DNA from: Candidatus Poribacteria bacterium
GTDB taxonomy: Bacteria; Poribacteria; WGA-4E; WGA-3G
Direction: 5' to 3'
Assembly (NCBI GenBank): GCA_965197475.1
Contig: CBDANF010000003.1
Span: 64,001 to 128,000 of the forward strand
Length of the DNA stretch: 64,000 bases
Every line of letters starts with the position of its first letter. The stretch's first letter is position 1. Made by a program: the position numbers and the translations under genes. Below, piece after piece: positions 51,713 through 61,739 of this stretch. A model generated the notes under the pieces. That model saw only the letters and a program-made list of their open reading frames with translations, ran no database searches and was not told the DNA's origin.

Positions 51713-54232
51713 TTAAGAGGATATGATTGAAACCGTTCCCTGATTTCCATCCACTTGAAGCATTTGCCCGTCAGTGATATTTTGGGTTGCATTCGGAATG
51801 TTCGCCACTGCAGGAACACCATACTCCCTCGCGACAACTGCCCCATGCGACAACACCCCACCGCGTTCCATCACTAACCCCGCTGCATGTAGAAAAAGCG
51901 GTGTCCAAGCTGGATCCGTTGACGGGCAGACAAGAATATAATCCCGCTCAGATGGTTGAATATCGGTAGGTGTCAATAGCACACGCGCCTGTCCCTTCGC
52001 AATACCAGCGGAAATCCCTACCCCTGCGTATGTTTCCGCCTTTTCGATTGCTTGAGACATCCCAATGCTCTCAAGTGAATCGCTGAAGATAACATCCGGC
52101 ACCTCAATTTGTAGCAAAAGGTCGCGTTGAGTCTTGCGCTCATAAATAACATCTTTGACATCTTCCCCATTAATTAGTTTAAATAATTCATCAGGTACCA
52201 GATAGAAAATGCCGCCATCAAGTTCATAACGGCTATCCAACTCAACCAAAGCACGTCGAATCTGCTCATAGCCGAGCATCAGATAAAATTTCGCTGTCTC
52301 TCTGAAAGGCATATATCGCCTTGTAAAATCCAGTTCACTTTCGACCTGTTTTCGCAATCCCGCCTTATTTTCGATGATCTCAGTAAGTTCCTTTTCTGCT
52401 GCATCACGCTGCTCAATTTGTCTATCAGTTTCTTTAGATTCTTGAGAAAAAGATGCAATTATATGTTCAATGTATGAAGTATCTTCCCGCCACCGTGGAT
52501 GCGCCAATTCAAATTCACCCACAGTACGATGTCCATAGTCTTTTAGAAAATCGGTAAGCGAAATTTGCCCGATTGCTACCTGCCGCAACTTTTCGTTTGT
52601 TTCAACGGTCAGATTACCAGATTGCCCACTGATGAGTCTACTTGCTAATCCCTTAGCCTCCTTTTCGTTCAAACATTTCTGAAGTGCAGCTTCCAAGCGT
52701 TGAAGTGAAAACGCAGCAAGAAGTGTGGCAGTTAGTGCTTTTGGCGCGAAATCATCTAACGTTTTCTCACACCATTTCTTGAACTTTTCGATCAATTCCG
52801 CATCTGAAAGCTCTGAATAAGACAGATTTCGTTCACCCGCAACATCTTCCTGAAACTGCGGAAAGACATGATCTGTCAACACTTGATCAAAGTCTGATCG
52901 GTACTGCCGCAATCGCAACTCTGCCTTGGTCATGCGGATTATGTGAAGTGGCAGTTTAAGCCAAAACGATGAGGTGCTATGCTTAATATTTGGCTTTGCC
53001 TGTGCATACATCGCCCGCTGTGGATTCTGCTTCAGTTCCGAGAAATCATGAGCGAACGGGAAACCATTAAAGAAAAGTTCCGCCTCACGATTCAAATTAA
53101 CATAAATTCTCCCACAAATAAGGTTCAGAATGCCCGTGTCATCCACTCGCTTGCTTGGATAAAACCCCAACCCTCGATACGCCTTGCCTAAACCGCTAGC
53201 ACCCGACATAAATTTTTTGATAATTGCCCAGGTCATCGGCAACGGGACAGGCAACACTTCCGCAAGGTTGTGATGGCTCCAGACTGTACCATGCGTATCA
53301 GTTATTGTCTTAAGAATTTGAATTTCAGTCTCGCGGAGTTTAGCTATCTCTCCGTCTTTTCGATCAATTGGAACATGTGTTTGCGGCTGCGTTGTAATCG
53401 GTCTCGCCTGCAATAAAACAAACTTTCTGTCTGCAAGTGCCCATTCAATATCCATCGGTTGTCCATACAAAGTCTCAACCTGAATTCCGAGTTGACAGAG
53501 TTGTTTTAACTGGTCGTCTGTGAGACTTGGTGCATTCTGTTGATCAGCAGATACCTCACTTATGCCGGATTCGGTTATCATTTCGCATTTTGTAACAACG
53601 GTTTTCTTCAGCACCTCACCTGTTTCCCGCAACACTTGGAAGTTATCTGGTGTAATTGAACCAGAGACAACCGATTCTCCTAATCCCCAATTCGACTCAA
53701 CAATACAGAGGTTCTCATCAAATGGACTGACAGTAAAAAGCACGCCAGAGACATCTGCCGTGCACATTTCCTGAACAACAACTGCCATCGCCAACCCCTC
53801 ATCGGGGATGTCTTGTGTGCGACGGTAAGCAATCGCCCGATCTGACCAAAGAGATGCCCAACACCCTTTTATTGCATCTAAAATATAATCTGTCTTTACA
53901 TTCAAAAAAGTGTCTTGTTGCCCCGCAAAACTCGCTTCTTCTAAGTCTTCAGCTGTCGCACTGGAACGCACAGCAACAATGTCACCCTGCAACTCTTCTC
54001 GTGCTTTTAGGACGGCTTCAATCAACTCAGGTACCAACGCCACGCTGTTAACACTACTTTCGTTCTGTTCAGATAAATTTTTAACATAAAATCGGTAGGC
54101 ATCTGTAGTGACACAGAAACCTTGCGGTACTGAGAACCCTGCCCTCGTCAATTTCCCAAGATTCAGCCCTTTTCCACCGACACGCGGAAGGTCATCTTCG
54201 TCAATCTCTGAAAAGCGTTTGATAAATTGCAT
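51713..54232 (-). CDS. PEP synthase/PPDK-N + PEP-utilising mobile domain enzyme (rifampin phosphotransferase/PigC-like architecture)
   Basis: VGGKG.NL, AVRSSATAED...SFAGQQDT, DIEWA, LQARPIT, TDPAWTPLF, GGVLSHGAVVAREYG. Confidence 0.88.
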   Translation of the reverse strand: MQFIKRFSEIDEDDLPRVGGKGLNLGKLTRAGFSVPQGFCVTTDAYRFYVKNLSEQNESSVNSVALVPELIEAVLKAREELQGDIVAVRSSATAEDLEEASFAGQQDTFLNVKTDYILDAIKGCWASLWSDRAIAYRRTQDIPDEGLAMAVVVQEMCTADVSGVLFTVSPFDENLCIVESNWGLGESVVSGSITPDNFQVLRETGEVLKKTVVTKCEMITESGISEVSADQQNAPSLTDDQLKQLCQLGIQVETLYGQPMDIEWALADRKFVLLQARPITTQPQTHVPIDRKDGEIAKLRETEIQILKTITDTHGTVWSHHNLAEVLPVPLPMTWAIIKKFMSGASGLGKAYRGLGFYPSKRVDDTGILNLICGRIYVNLNREAELFFNGFPFAHDFSELKQNPQRAMYAQAKPNIKHSTSSFWLKLPLHIIRMTKAELRLRQYRSDFDQVLTDHVFPQFQEDVAGERNLSYSELSDAELIEKFKKWCEKTLDDFAPKALTATLLAAFSLQRLEAALQKCLNEKEAKGLASRLISGQSGNLTVETNEKLRQVAIGQISLTDFLKDYGHRTVGEFELAHPRWREDTSYIEHIIASFSQESKETDRQIEQRDAAEKELTEIIENKAGLRKQVESELDFTRRYMPFRETAKFYLMLGYEQIRRALVELDSRYELDGGIFYLVPDELFKLINGEDVKDVIYERKTQRDLLLQIEVPDVIFSDSLESIGMSQAIEKAETYAGVGISAGIAKGQARVLLTPTDIQPSERDYILVCPSTDPAWTPLFLHAAGLVMERGGVLSHGAVVAREYGVPAVANIPNATQNITDGQMLQVDGNQGTVSIISS

Positions 54233-54459
54233 AAACTTAGATAGGTCTGCAAAGGATGGAACAAGTGGAAATAGTATAGCAGAATCTATCTGCCAAATGC
54301 AAGTGGGATTTGAGAATATCAGGAATAGTATTACTACAGTGATATACCAGTCGTGGTCAATATAAGGATAAGCTATACACGGCAAGGGAACGCGGAAAGA
54401 GACTGGTGGAAAACCAGCCTCTATGATGCTTTGGATAAAAATGGTATTAGAATTGATGC

Positions 54460-55041
54460 TTAATCGCCATCGTCGTGATCATCATCGTCATCATCGTCAT
54501 CATCGTCGTGATCATCATCGTCATCATCGTCATCATCGTCGTGATCATCATCGTCATCATCGTCATCATCGTCGTGATCATCATCGTCATAATTCTGATA
54601 ATCAAAATCCGATGGGTCTTGTTGATTAATCCAGTCTTTGAAGAGTTGAATTTCTTCCGCAGGCAACGGAGGACCGCCAAGCGGCATTGCTTCTGAAACA
54701 ATTTCTTCAACAACCTCACTCTCCGCAGCATTTCCTGGAATGAATATAGGACCTTGATCGCTACCCGCCTTGAAACTTTCATAAGTTCTCAAATCCAGAC
54801 CTTCGGGTCCATCAGCAACGTGGCAGCCAGCAAGGGCACACTTTGCTGTAAGAATCGGCAAAAGGTTCATTTCAAAGGAAGCCTTGGGATCCATAGGTTC
54901 ATGAGAATCCATAACTGAGGAAACTTCATTCGGCATTACCACATTTGCACGATCTCGAGTACATCCGAGTATACAAAACAGTAATCCGAAGGTCAGTAAG
55001 AAAAATCTTTGCATTTTTATAAACATAACGGTTCCTTTCAT
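54460..55041 (-). CDS. Lipoprotein with planctomycete-type cytochrome c domain and Asp/His-repeat tail
   Basis: ILGC lipobox, CALAGCH, MPLGG, WINQ, (HD10)n tail. Confidence 0.8.
   Translation of the reverse strand: MKGTVMFIKMQRFFLLTFGLLFCILGCTRDRANVVMPNEVSSVMDSHEPMDPKASFEMNLLPILTAKCALAGCHVADGPEGLDLRTYESFKAGSDQGPIFIPGNAAESEVVEEIVSEAMPLGGPPLPAEEIQLFKDWINQQDPSDFDYQNYDDDDHDDDDDDDDDDHDDDDDDDDDDHDDDDDDDDDDHDDGD
54468..54590. repeat. 33-bp coding tandem repeat, ~3.7 copies
   Basis: CATCGTCGTGATCATCATCGTCATCATCGTCAT repeated perfectly. Confidence 0.95.
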
Positions 55042-55269
55042 CTAATGAGATAAAATAGATAATTGTAAACAGCCAAAGAACAAATGAGAATCACTTACCT
55101 GCTTAGCAATAACTTTGACAGATTTTACACTTAAAATGTTATCATATTTGAAGAAAACAATCAAGGAGTAATGGATATGTAAATATTTTGTCAAAAAAGA
55201 AATCGCGCATCGGAGATCGCTTCTATAAAATCGGAGAAATAAATAACCCTTTGAAATGCCTAAAACTTC

Positions 55270-56421
55270 TTGACAATTTTATCTGAATTAGGTAAACTAA
55301 AAAAGATGTTTCAGAATGCAATCGAAAGTCTTACTTTAATTGCTTCTGCTACCGTGCAGTGGCTTTTTTATAGAAAACGTTTGCCAAAGGACTTCACCCC
55401 CGAACGTATTCTCGTTGTTAAACTTGACCACCTCGGGGATGTATTGTTGGCAACTCCAGTGTTTTCCAATCTTCGGCAGGCTTACCCAAACACCGAACTG
55501 CACGCGCTCACTGGGACATGGAGCCGTGTTATTTTGGAAAACCACCCTGATGTAGACAAAGTGTTAGAATACAATTCACATGCATTTTGCAGGTCTGAAC
55601 AACCAACATCTATTAAGAACACCTTTCAACTCTTTCGGCAATTACGTAGTCAAAAATACGACCTGTTAGTGGAACTTCGTGGTGATTGGCGTATCGTTTG
55701 GTTTTCCCTTTTCCGAGTTACTCGGAAAAGGATCAATCGTGCATCCCTACAAATTGCGAACAAGTTAGGATTCCCACAATTCAACGGAACACACGAAACA
55801 ATTCGAAATCTTGATGTCTTAAAGCGAGCAGGCATCCCAACACCGATACAAACCACAACCTTTGTTGTAACGAGAAAAGATGAAAATTGGGCATCTAATT
55901 TTCTCAAAACGCATCAGAGACACAGCGAATACCTGCTTATCGCTATCCATCCAGGGTCTCCAATCCCATTAAAAAGATGGAAACCTGAACGCTACGCAGA
56001 ACTAGCTGATTGGTTAATTGCACAGAAACGTGCAAAAATTCTGTTTGTCGGTGTAAAAGATGAAATCCCAATAATTACCCAAATCCAAGACCTGATGAAA
56101 GGCAAGTCAACCAACATTGCAGGCAAAACGACAATAATACAGCTAGCATCAATTTTACATAGATGTAAAGTGTTTATCGGAAATGATAGCGGTCCGATGC
56201 ATATCGCTGCAGCCGTAGGCACTCAGACAATCGGACTTTACGGCCCTGGAGATCCGGAACGATTTGGACCTATCGGCGACAAATGCCAGATTATTCGGAA
56301 GAAACCTGATTGTCCTCCATGCTTAGGCAATACTTGTCGATTTGGAACAGAAGGGTGTATGTCTAAAATTCAGGTTACCGATGTGATGCAGACCCTCGAA
56401 AATTCTGAATATTTGCATTGA
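55270..56421 (+). CDS. Glycosyltransferase family 9 (LPS heptosyltransferase-like)
   Basis: LDHLGDVLLATP, IHPGS..KRW, GNDSGPMHIAAAVG. Start may be ATG 55306. Confidence 0.9.
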   Translation: MTILSELGKLKKMFQNAIESLTLIASATVQWLFYRKRLPKDFTPERILVVKLDHLGDVLLATPVFSNLRQAYPNTELHALTGTWSRVILENHPDVDKVLEYNSHAFCRSEQPTSIKNTFQLFRQLRSQKYDLLVELRGDWRIVWFSLFRVTRKRINRASLQIANKLGFPQFNGTHETIRNLDVLKRAGIPTPIQTTTFVVTRKDENWASNFLKTHQRHSEYLLIAIHPGSPIPLKRWKPERYAELADWLIAQKRAKILFVGVKDEIPIITQIQDLMKGKSTNIAGKTTIIQLASILHRCKVFIGNDSGPMHIAAAVGTQTIGLYGPGDPERFGPIGDKCQIIRKKPDCPPCLGNTCRFGTEGCMSKIQVTDVMQTLENSEYLH

Positions 56422-56560
56422 CATACAGATACATTCAATAGGATTGAGCTTAAATCTGAATTTCTGCTACATATTAAGCACGCAAAAAACTTAAAACTGA
56501 ATGCTTCTACAAATGAATTGAGAGGTCATTTATCTATGCACATTCCGCAGCTAAATAAGC

Positions 56561-56674
56561 TGCCCTATTTTGTGCAGCTTTATATTCAAATTGCCCTATT
56601 TTGTGCAGCTTTCCACGCTCAATATAGAGTTTACCCACATATACCGCTATTATCCTAATGGCACATAAATTGCA
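56561..56674 (+). promoter_or_regulatory. sigma54 promoter with tandem upstream activator sites
   Basis: TGGCAC-ATAAA-TTGCA at 56659-56674. The 21-bp repeat TGCCCTATTTTGTGCAGCTTT occurs at 56561 and 56592. Confidence 0.8.
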
Positions 56675-56753
56675 TAGGGTAGTATAGGTTTAGTCTTATA
56701 ATTTTAAATTTGTATCAAGAACCAATTTTGTAAAACTTTTATGAGGTGAAATA

Positions 56754-58241
56754 ATGAGTGTTAAAAGAACGTCTGGTGCCTTAATGACTTCGCTTTTGCT
56801 TCACTTAGCTTTAGTCCTTCTGGCTGGACTTTATTTTGTCACGCAAACACAGACATTCAAGGATATAGTTGGGTTCGAAACTTTAGATCCTCCGGATCCT
56901 CCGAAACCTAAGGTACGCAAACCCATTGTAAAACAGGTTCTCAAACCGATTCCACCAGTGGAAAGTACGGTTGTCGTAGAAGAAGTTCAAGTTCAACCGC
57001 GTCTAACAACCGCTTTTGCTCCGAGGACACCTGATGTCCAAGCCCAAACGGTGTTAGAATTTTCTAATCAAGCCATCAAGGTAGATGCTCCGATTAATCC
57101 AAATGTGCCGAAAGTGGTTAAACCGAATACTCCCATTCCAGAGGTGGTTACTCACGCTGATTTACCGGTGTCAACTTCACCGAATGCTTTAGCTTTTTCC
57201 GGTCCTGCAGCGACCGCGCCTGCCGCGGGTCCCGCTAACATCGCACGCGGTGTCGCAGGAAGTCCGGTTCAGGTGAAAATGACAATTCAACGACCACCAG
57301 GTCTAGCTATGGTTGATAACGTCGGCGTAGTTCGCGACGCACTTAGTGATGTTGTTGAAAGTATCACCCTTGGTAACGTTGAGGTCCCACCTTTGCCCAG
57401 AGGCGAACCCGGCGGACGCGTCATCGGTAAAGGGCGTGATATTCGTGGTGTCCTCCGTTTTACACGAATTCGCCACTCCCTTTCTGACTGGTGGGCTGAT
57501 TCTTCTTCGCTGAATGCTCTCACCAAATGGATCAATGAGAAAACCAAAATCAAAGCAGACATGAACGTTGAAGGTGGCGCAATAAAACTGACGGATGCAA
57601 ATCTATACAAAACGCCACTCGCCTTTATGACAGGACACGAGCCTAGACTTGTGAGGCAGCGGAACCTGCTCGGAAAACAGCATGGTGGTGGTAAATTGGA
57701 TAATAATTTATCCAAATCCGAAGCTGCAGGCCTCCGGAAATACCTTGTTGAAAAAGGAGGATTTCTTGTTTTTGATGACTGCGGTGTAAGTTCTCCCAAC
57801 CAAGTCCCAACAATGTCTCGTTTATTCCTCGCTCAAATGCGACGGGTCATGCCTGAATACCAAATTGAACGAATTGATAACACCCACGAGATTTATGACA
57901 ATTACTATGAAATGGGTGGTCCTCCCGTTGGATTTGATATTTTCTGGTGGGGCACACGGCCACCGAAACGGAATTACCTTGAAGGATTCTCTGTCGGTGA
58001 TAAATTATCCGTTATTGCCGTCCGGCGTGACTACATGTGCGCAATGGAATCTGTCAGTCTGCCAACACGGAATGTACACTATTCCCCTGGTGTCTATCGT
58101 TTTATGACAAACGTTGTCGTCTATGCTTTGACACACGGTGGAATTTCCGATCATTCCGGTTATGTACCCGAAGACACTTTAGCGAAGAAAGAACTTCCGA
58201 CCCGCGCACCTGAAGCAGCAAAAGTTGGAGCTACTGAATAA
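56754..58241 (+). CDS. DUF4159 domain protein with TonB-like anchor (paralog of 36456-37937)
   Basis: SLLLH TM, Pro-rich linker, SDWW.D, FMTGHE, GGFLVFDDCG, DYMCAME, VYRFMTN. Confidence 0.8.
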   Translation: MSVKRTSGALMTSLLLHLALVLLAGLYFVTQTQTFKDIVGFETLDPPDPPKPKVRKPIVKQVLKPIPPVESTVVVEEVQVQPRLTTAFAPRTPDVQAQTVLEFSNQAIKVDAPINPNVPKVVKPNTPIPEVVTHADLPVSTSPNALAFSGPAATAPAAGPANIARGVAGSPVQVKMTIQRPPGLAMVDNVGVVRDALSDVVESITLGNVEVPPLPRGEPGGRVIGKGRDIRGVLRFTRIRHSLSDWWADSSSLNALTKWINEKTKIKADMNVEGGAIKLTDANLYKTPLAFMTGHEPRLVRQRNLLGKQHGGGKLDNNLSKSEAAGLRKYLVEKGGFLVFDDCGVSSPNQVPTMSRLFLAQMRRVMPEYQIERIDNTHEIYDNYYEMGGPPVGFDIFWWGTRPPKRNYLEGFSVGDKLSVIAVRRDYMCAMESVSLPTRNVHYSPGVYRFMTNVVVYALTHGGISDHSGYVPEDTLAKKELPTRAPEAAKVGATE

Positions 58242-58287
58242 CAACCTATTTTAGGACTATTCAGTCTTTATCTCCATCTTATGAACG

Positions 58288-58332
58288 ATCTCCCGATGAT
58301 GGCAAATTTTAGCCATCATCGGGAGATTTTTT
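58288..58332 (+). terminator. Intrinsic terminator
   Basis: ATCTCCCGATGATGGC / GCCATCATCGGGAGAT stem followed by a T-run. Confidence 0.75.
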
Positions 58333-58513
58333 GTTAGCAATTCTTTCTCGCGTACGGGATTCTGTACGCCTCTATCTACATAAATCGGGCTTAGAAAGCC
58401 CTCCCACAAGAGTCTTTTGTGACAATTGAATGGCTCTGCCTATACCGAAAAAATATAGACTTCCAGAGGAAATTGTGTTATCATAGAACATATAATCTTT
58501 TAGAGGTGATAAA

Positions 58514-59338
58514 TTGAAACTTGGCGTATCCACTTACTCCTATTGGCATTTCAAACCTGAAAAAGTGTCAATTGAGCACGTCATTGAAGAAGCCGCACGG
58601 CTTGAACTTGATGGCATTGAAATCTTACATCAACAGATGGCATCCGAAGCCACCCCCTATCTTCAGAAACTGAAACGACTCGCTTTTATTCACGGACTTG
58701 ATTTATACGCGCTTTCCATCCATCAAGGCTTCGTTTTTCCAGACACAGACACGCGGCAAAAAAACATCAATCATACCATACACTGCATCCGGTTAGCACA
58801 TGAACTCGGAATCCCTGCCATCCGACTCAACTCAGGACGATGGGGTACCATCAAATCGTTTGACGAATTAATGAAAACTGAAGGACAAGAGCCAACCCTT
58901 CCAGACCATACCGAAGATGAAGCATTTGATTGGGTAATCGCTTCAATTGAAAAGTGTCTTCCTGATGCTGAGAAATACGGGGTGCTGCTTGGGCTCGAAA
59001 ATCACTGGGGGTTGACATGTACAGTAGAGGGTGTCAATCGCATCGTTTCTGCAATTAACTCGGAATGGTTGAAGGTAACGATGGATTGTGGCAATTTCCT
59101 TTCCGATCCGTATGAAAAACTTGCACAGATTGCTCCGGAAGCGGTGCTTGTCCATGCAAAAACCTATTACGGCGGCGGAGAATGGTACACCTTAGACCTT
59201 GATTATGCTAAAATCGGTAAGATTCTGCGGAGTGTCGGATTTCAGGGATATATCTCCATTGAATTTGAAGGCAAAGAGGATGCTCACATCGGAGTACCAC
59301 AGAGCGTGGAGATGCTGCGCAATTCCCTCAACACCTAA
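58514..59338 (+). CDS. Sugar phosphate isomerase/epimerase (xylose isomerase-like TIM barrel)
   Basis: LDGIEIL, LGLENHWG, MDCGNF, VHAK, GYISIEFEG. Confidence 0.88.
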   Translation: MKLGVSTYSYWHFKPEKVSIEHVIEEAARLELDGIEILHQQMASEATPYLQKLKRLAFIHGLDLYALSIHQGFVFPDTDTRQKNINHTIHCIRLAHELGIPAIRLNSGRWGTIKSFDELMKTEGQEPTLPDHTEDEAFDWVIASIEKCLPDAEKYGVLLGLENHWGLTCTVEGVNRIVSAINSEWLKVTMDCGNFLSDPYEKLAQIAPEAVLVHAKTYYGGGEWYTLDLDYAKIGKILRSVGFQGYISIEFEGKEDAHIGVPQSVEMLRNSLNT

Positions 59339-59360
59339 AACGACGCATGTTAACCATGAG

Positions 59361-59389
59361 AGGTGGGTTTTGCCCCACCTTTTTCTTTT
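59361..59389 (+). terminator. Intrinsic terminator between convergent genes
   Basis: AGGTGGG-TTTTGC-CCCACCT followed by TTTTCTTTT. Confidence 0.65.
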
Positions 59390-60511
59390 CTACATCCCCG
59401 AGTTTGCTTCCCACGGTGCCACTTCACCAACAGCTTGTGGTGTTGGGAATCGACTTGATACATCAACAGGTTTTCCCAAATCCGACGATTCAATCACACG
59501 TTCACAAACCTCTAAAACATGCCGTGCTTGCGCACCATTACACCTTGGGATACGGTCATTTCTAATGGCATCGGCAAAATCAGTCACGCCTTTTCCCCAA
59601 TCCAAACCTGTAAAAGCCTTTGGTGGAGAAGGTTCGTCTTTCCACCCAGATTGAGGTGCGAATTTCTTGATCCCCCGTCCGTCATCATGAGCCTGAATTG
59701 AAAATCCACCTTTTGTGCCATGGATCTCATAAGGCGGAATTTGTGAGGATACGGTAAAACTGTGATAAATAAAACCTTGTGCTCCATCAGCTTGCGGCAC
59801 CTCAAACTCAAGTACAGCAAACCCATGATCCTTTTCAGTCACCTCAAACTCCGTGCCTTGACGCGGTCCTTGGTTCAAAACACGTTTAGGAACAGCCACT
59901 CTCGCAAATCCGTGAACTGTTTTGACAGGACCAATCATTGTTGTCATTGCAGTCAAAGGATAAGGCGCGACATCTCGAAAAGGACCCGCATGCATCAAAA
60001 ACGCATCCGCATTCGGATGCCAATGTTCCAACGGACCGCCGAAGTTACCAAGAGTAGAAATTACATCCCCAATTTCTCCATCGCGAATCCGCTGCCAGAC
60101 GTTTTGTTGTACATAACCGAGTATCGCCGATGGAGCACATGCCAGTTTTAAGCCCATAGTCTCTGCTGTTTCTACAAGCTCGTTTGCTTCATCGGTCTTG
60201 ATAGAAATCGGTTTCTCTGAATAGACATGCTTTCCGGCTTTCAGTGCCACTAACGATACAGGATAGTGTGAAATATGGATAGTTAGATTCACAACCGCTT
60301 CCACATTTGGATCATTCAATACGTCTTCAAGCGATTGATAAACCTTCCCACCGCCTCTCTCTGCCAGTGCAGATGCGCGCGCTTCGTTCTGATCGTAGTA
60401 GCCAACCAATTCAATTTGATCCGGGTACGCTTGACATCGCGGCTGATAGCCGCCTGCTGCAATCATACCACATCCAACAATCACAGTTCGCAACGGGGTT
60501 ATGTTTGACAT
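59390..60511 (-). CDS. Gfo/Idh/MocA oxidoreductase
   Basis: IVGCGMIA, ALKAGKHVYSEKP. Confidence 0.9.
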   Translation of the reverse strand: MSNITPLRTVIVGCGMIAAGGYQPRCQAYPDQIELVGYYDQNEARASALAERGGGKVYQSLEDVLNDPNVEAVVNLTIHISHYPVSLVALKAGKHVYSEKPISIKTDEANELVETAETMGLKLACAPSAILGYVQQNVWQRIRDGEIGDVISTLGNFGGPLEHWHPNADAFLMHAGPFRDVAPYPLTAMTTMIGPVKTVHGFARVAVPKRVLNQGPRQGTEFEVTEKDHGFAVLEFEVPQADGAQGFIYHSFTVSSQIPPYEIHGTKGGFSIQAHDDGRGIKKFAPQSGWKDEPSPPKAFTGLDWGKGVTDFADAIRNDRIPRCNGAQARHVLEVCERVIESSDLGKPVDVSSRFPTPQAVGEVAPWEANSGM

Positions 60512-60562
60512 TACAATTCTCCTTACTTTAACTATAGTGAAGTATAAAAATACATAGACATT

Positions 60563-61165
60563 CCGTAGTAGGCGCGTTTTAATGAAGTTTAAGAATTTAA
60601 TTCGGTAAAGCCGGTTTCTCCCAGGGGCGGTTTCCTAACCGCACCATAAGCGTCAATTTAAGATGATGAATCTGTTTTATGTTAGTTTGTATAGCCCCGT
60701 AGGGGCGGAATGTTTATAGTAACGCGCCACTACCTCACACTTAGCCCTGTAGGGGTGGTATGTGAGGGAACGGATGGGTTAAAAATTATACACATACCGC
60801 TCCTACGGAGCTCAAGAGGATGGGAACGTCTTTCTATAAACATATCGTCCGTACGGGACTAAATATGGGACAGTTTCAATCATCATACGCATTGAGCAAT
60901 GTTCCGTATTTTGTGGATTGCATAGCCATAGAGGGGCGACAGGTGTCCCGTGTCTTGAATGAAGGGACAGTAGTGTGATTACACCTTTCGCACCGCTGGT
61001 GCTGCCTATAATCCTAATCCTTGTTCAGACAATAATCCACCGCAACCCGACGGACACACTAAATTGACGCTTATGGTAGGTTTCCTAACCGCACCTACCC
61101 GGGTTTGGGGTTCAAGTCCGAATTACCTAATTTATTTTTATCGTCATAAGCGCGCTAACGGTAGT
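60563..61165. repeat. Nested MITE/REP cluster
   Basis: 18-bp perfect inverted repeat ACCATAAGCGTCAATTTA (60643 / 61077), flanked by CCTAACCGCACC REPs and enclosing AGCCCCGTAGGGGCG-type hairpins. Confidence 0.75.
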
Positions 61166-61312
61166 GTCTCAATAATTACAAGTTTACTATAAATTCCATA
61201 AATTTCTTTAAGCATATCAGATTCTTAGTTAATTGCCAATCTAAAACTATTTCATTTCCAGTTTTTCCTTGACATCACGCACCAATTCGTTGTAAAATTG
61301 AGGTGAATAAGG

Positions 61313-61723
61313 ATGGATAACAACATGCAACAAACATATACCAGAATCCTGTTAGTCTCTGTTTTCATACTCCTAACCTTGATAGGATGTGCTTCACACG
61401 ACGCGATAAATATAGAAGCATATAATCAGTTTGCCATAAAAGCTGCACAAATTGGTCTTTGGAATGAGGCAATTTTTCGCTGGAAACAGGTTGTATCTAT
61501 TGACCCCGATAACGCCGCTGCACATAACAACCTTGGAGTAGGTTATGAGGCTATAGGAAAAATCGCGGAAGCAGAATCAGCATATCAACGCGCAACCGAA
61601 CTTGATCCCGGTAGCAAATATTATCGCATCAATTACCGGCGGTGCCGCCTACATATTCGGCGGAGTGGAACTGACAGTGAAGAAACATTATCTAAATCCT
61701 TGGAAGAACCTGAAGAAGATTAA
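61313..61723 (+). CDS. TPR lipoprotein
   Basis: LIGC lipobox, GLWNEAIFRW, AHNNLGVGYEAIG. Confidence 0.85.
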   Translation: MDNNMQQTYTRILLVSVFILLTLIGCASHDAINIEAYNQFAIKAAQIGLWNEAIFRWKQVVSIDPDNAAAHNNLGVGYEAIGKIAEAESAYQRATELDPGSKYYRINYRRCRLHIRRSGTDSEETLSKSLEEPEED

Positions 61724-61739
61724 CCATGGAACTCTCCTA

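Noticed and set aside
54423-54782. His/Arg-rich, poly-Ile and Met/Thr-rich ORFs
   Set aside because: Alternative-frame shadows of the 33-bp Asp/His coding repeat.
56561-56612. Mini CRISPR array
   Set aside because: Only two 21-bp repeats with a 10-bp gap and no cas genes. The position upstream of a sigma54 box explains it.
60690-61005. CRISPR-like spaced repeats
   Set aside because: Units are palindromic, occur in both orientations and are irregularly spaced, typical of REP/MITE clusters.
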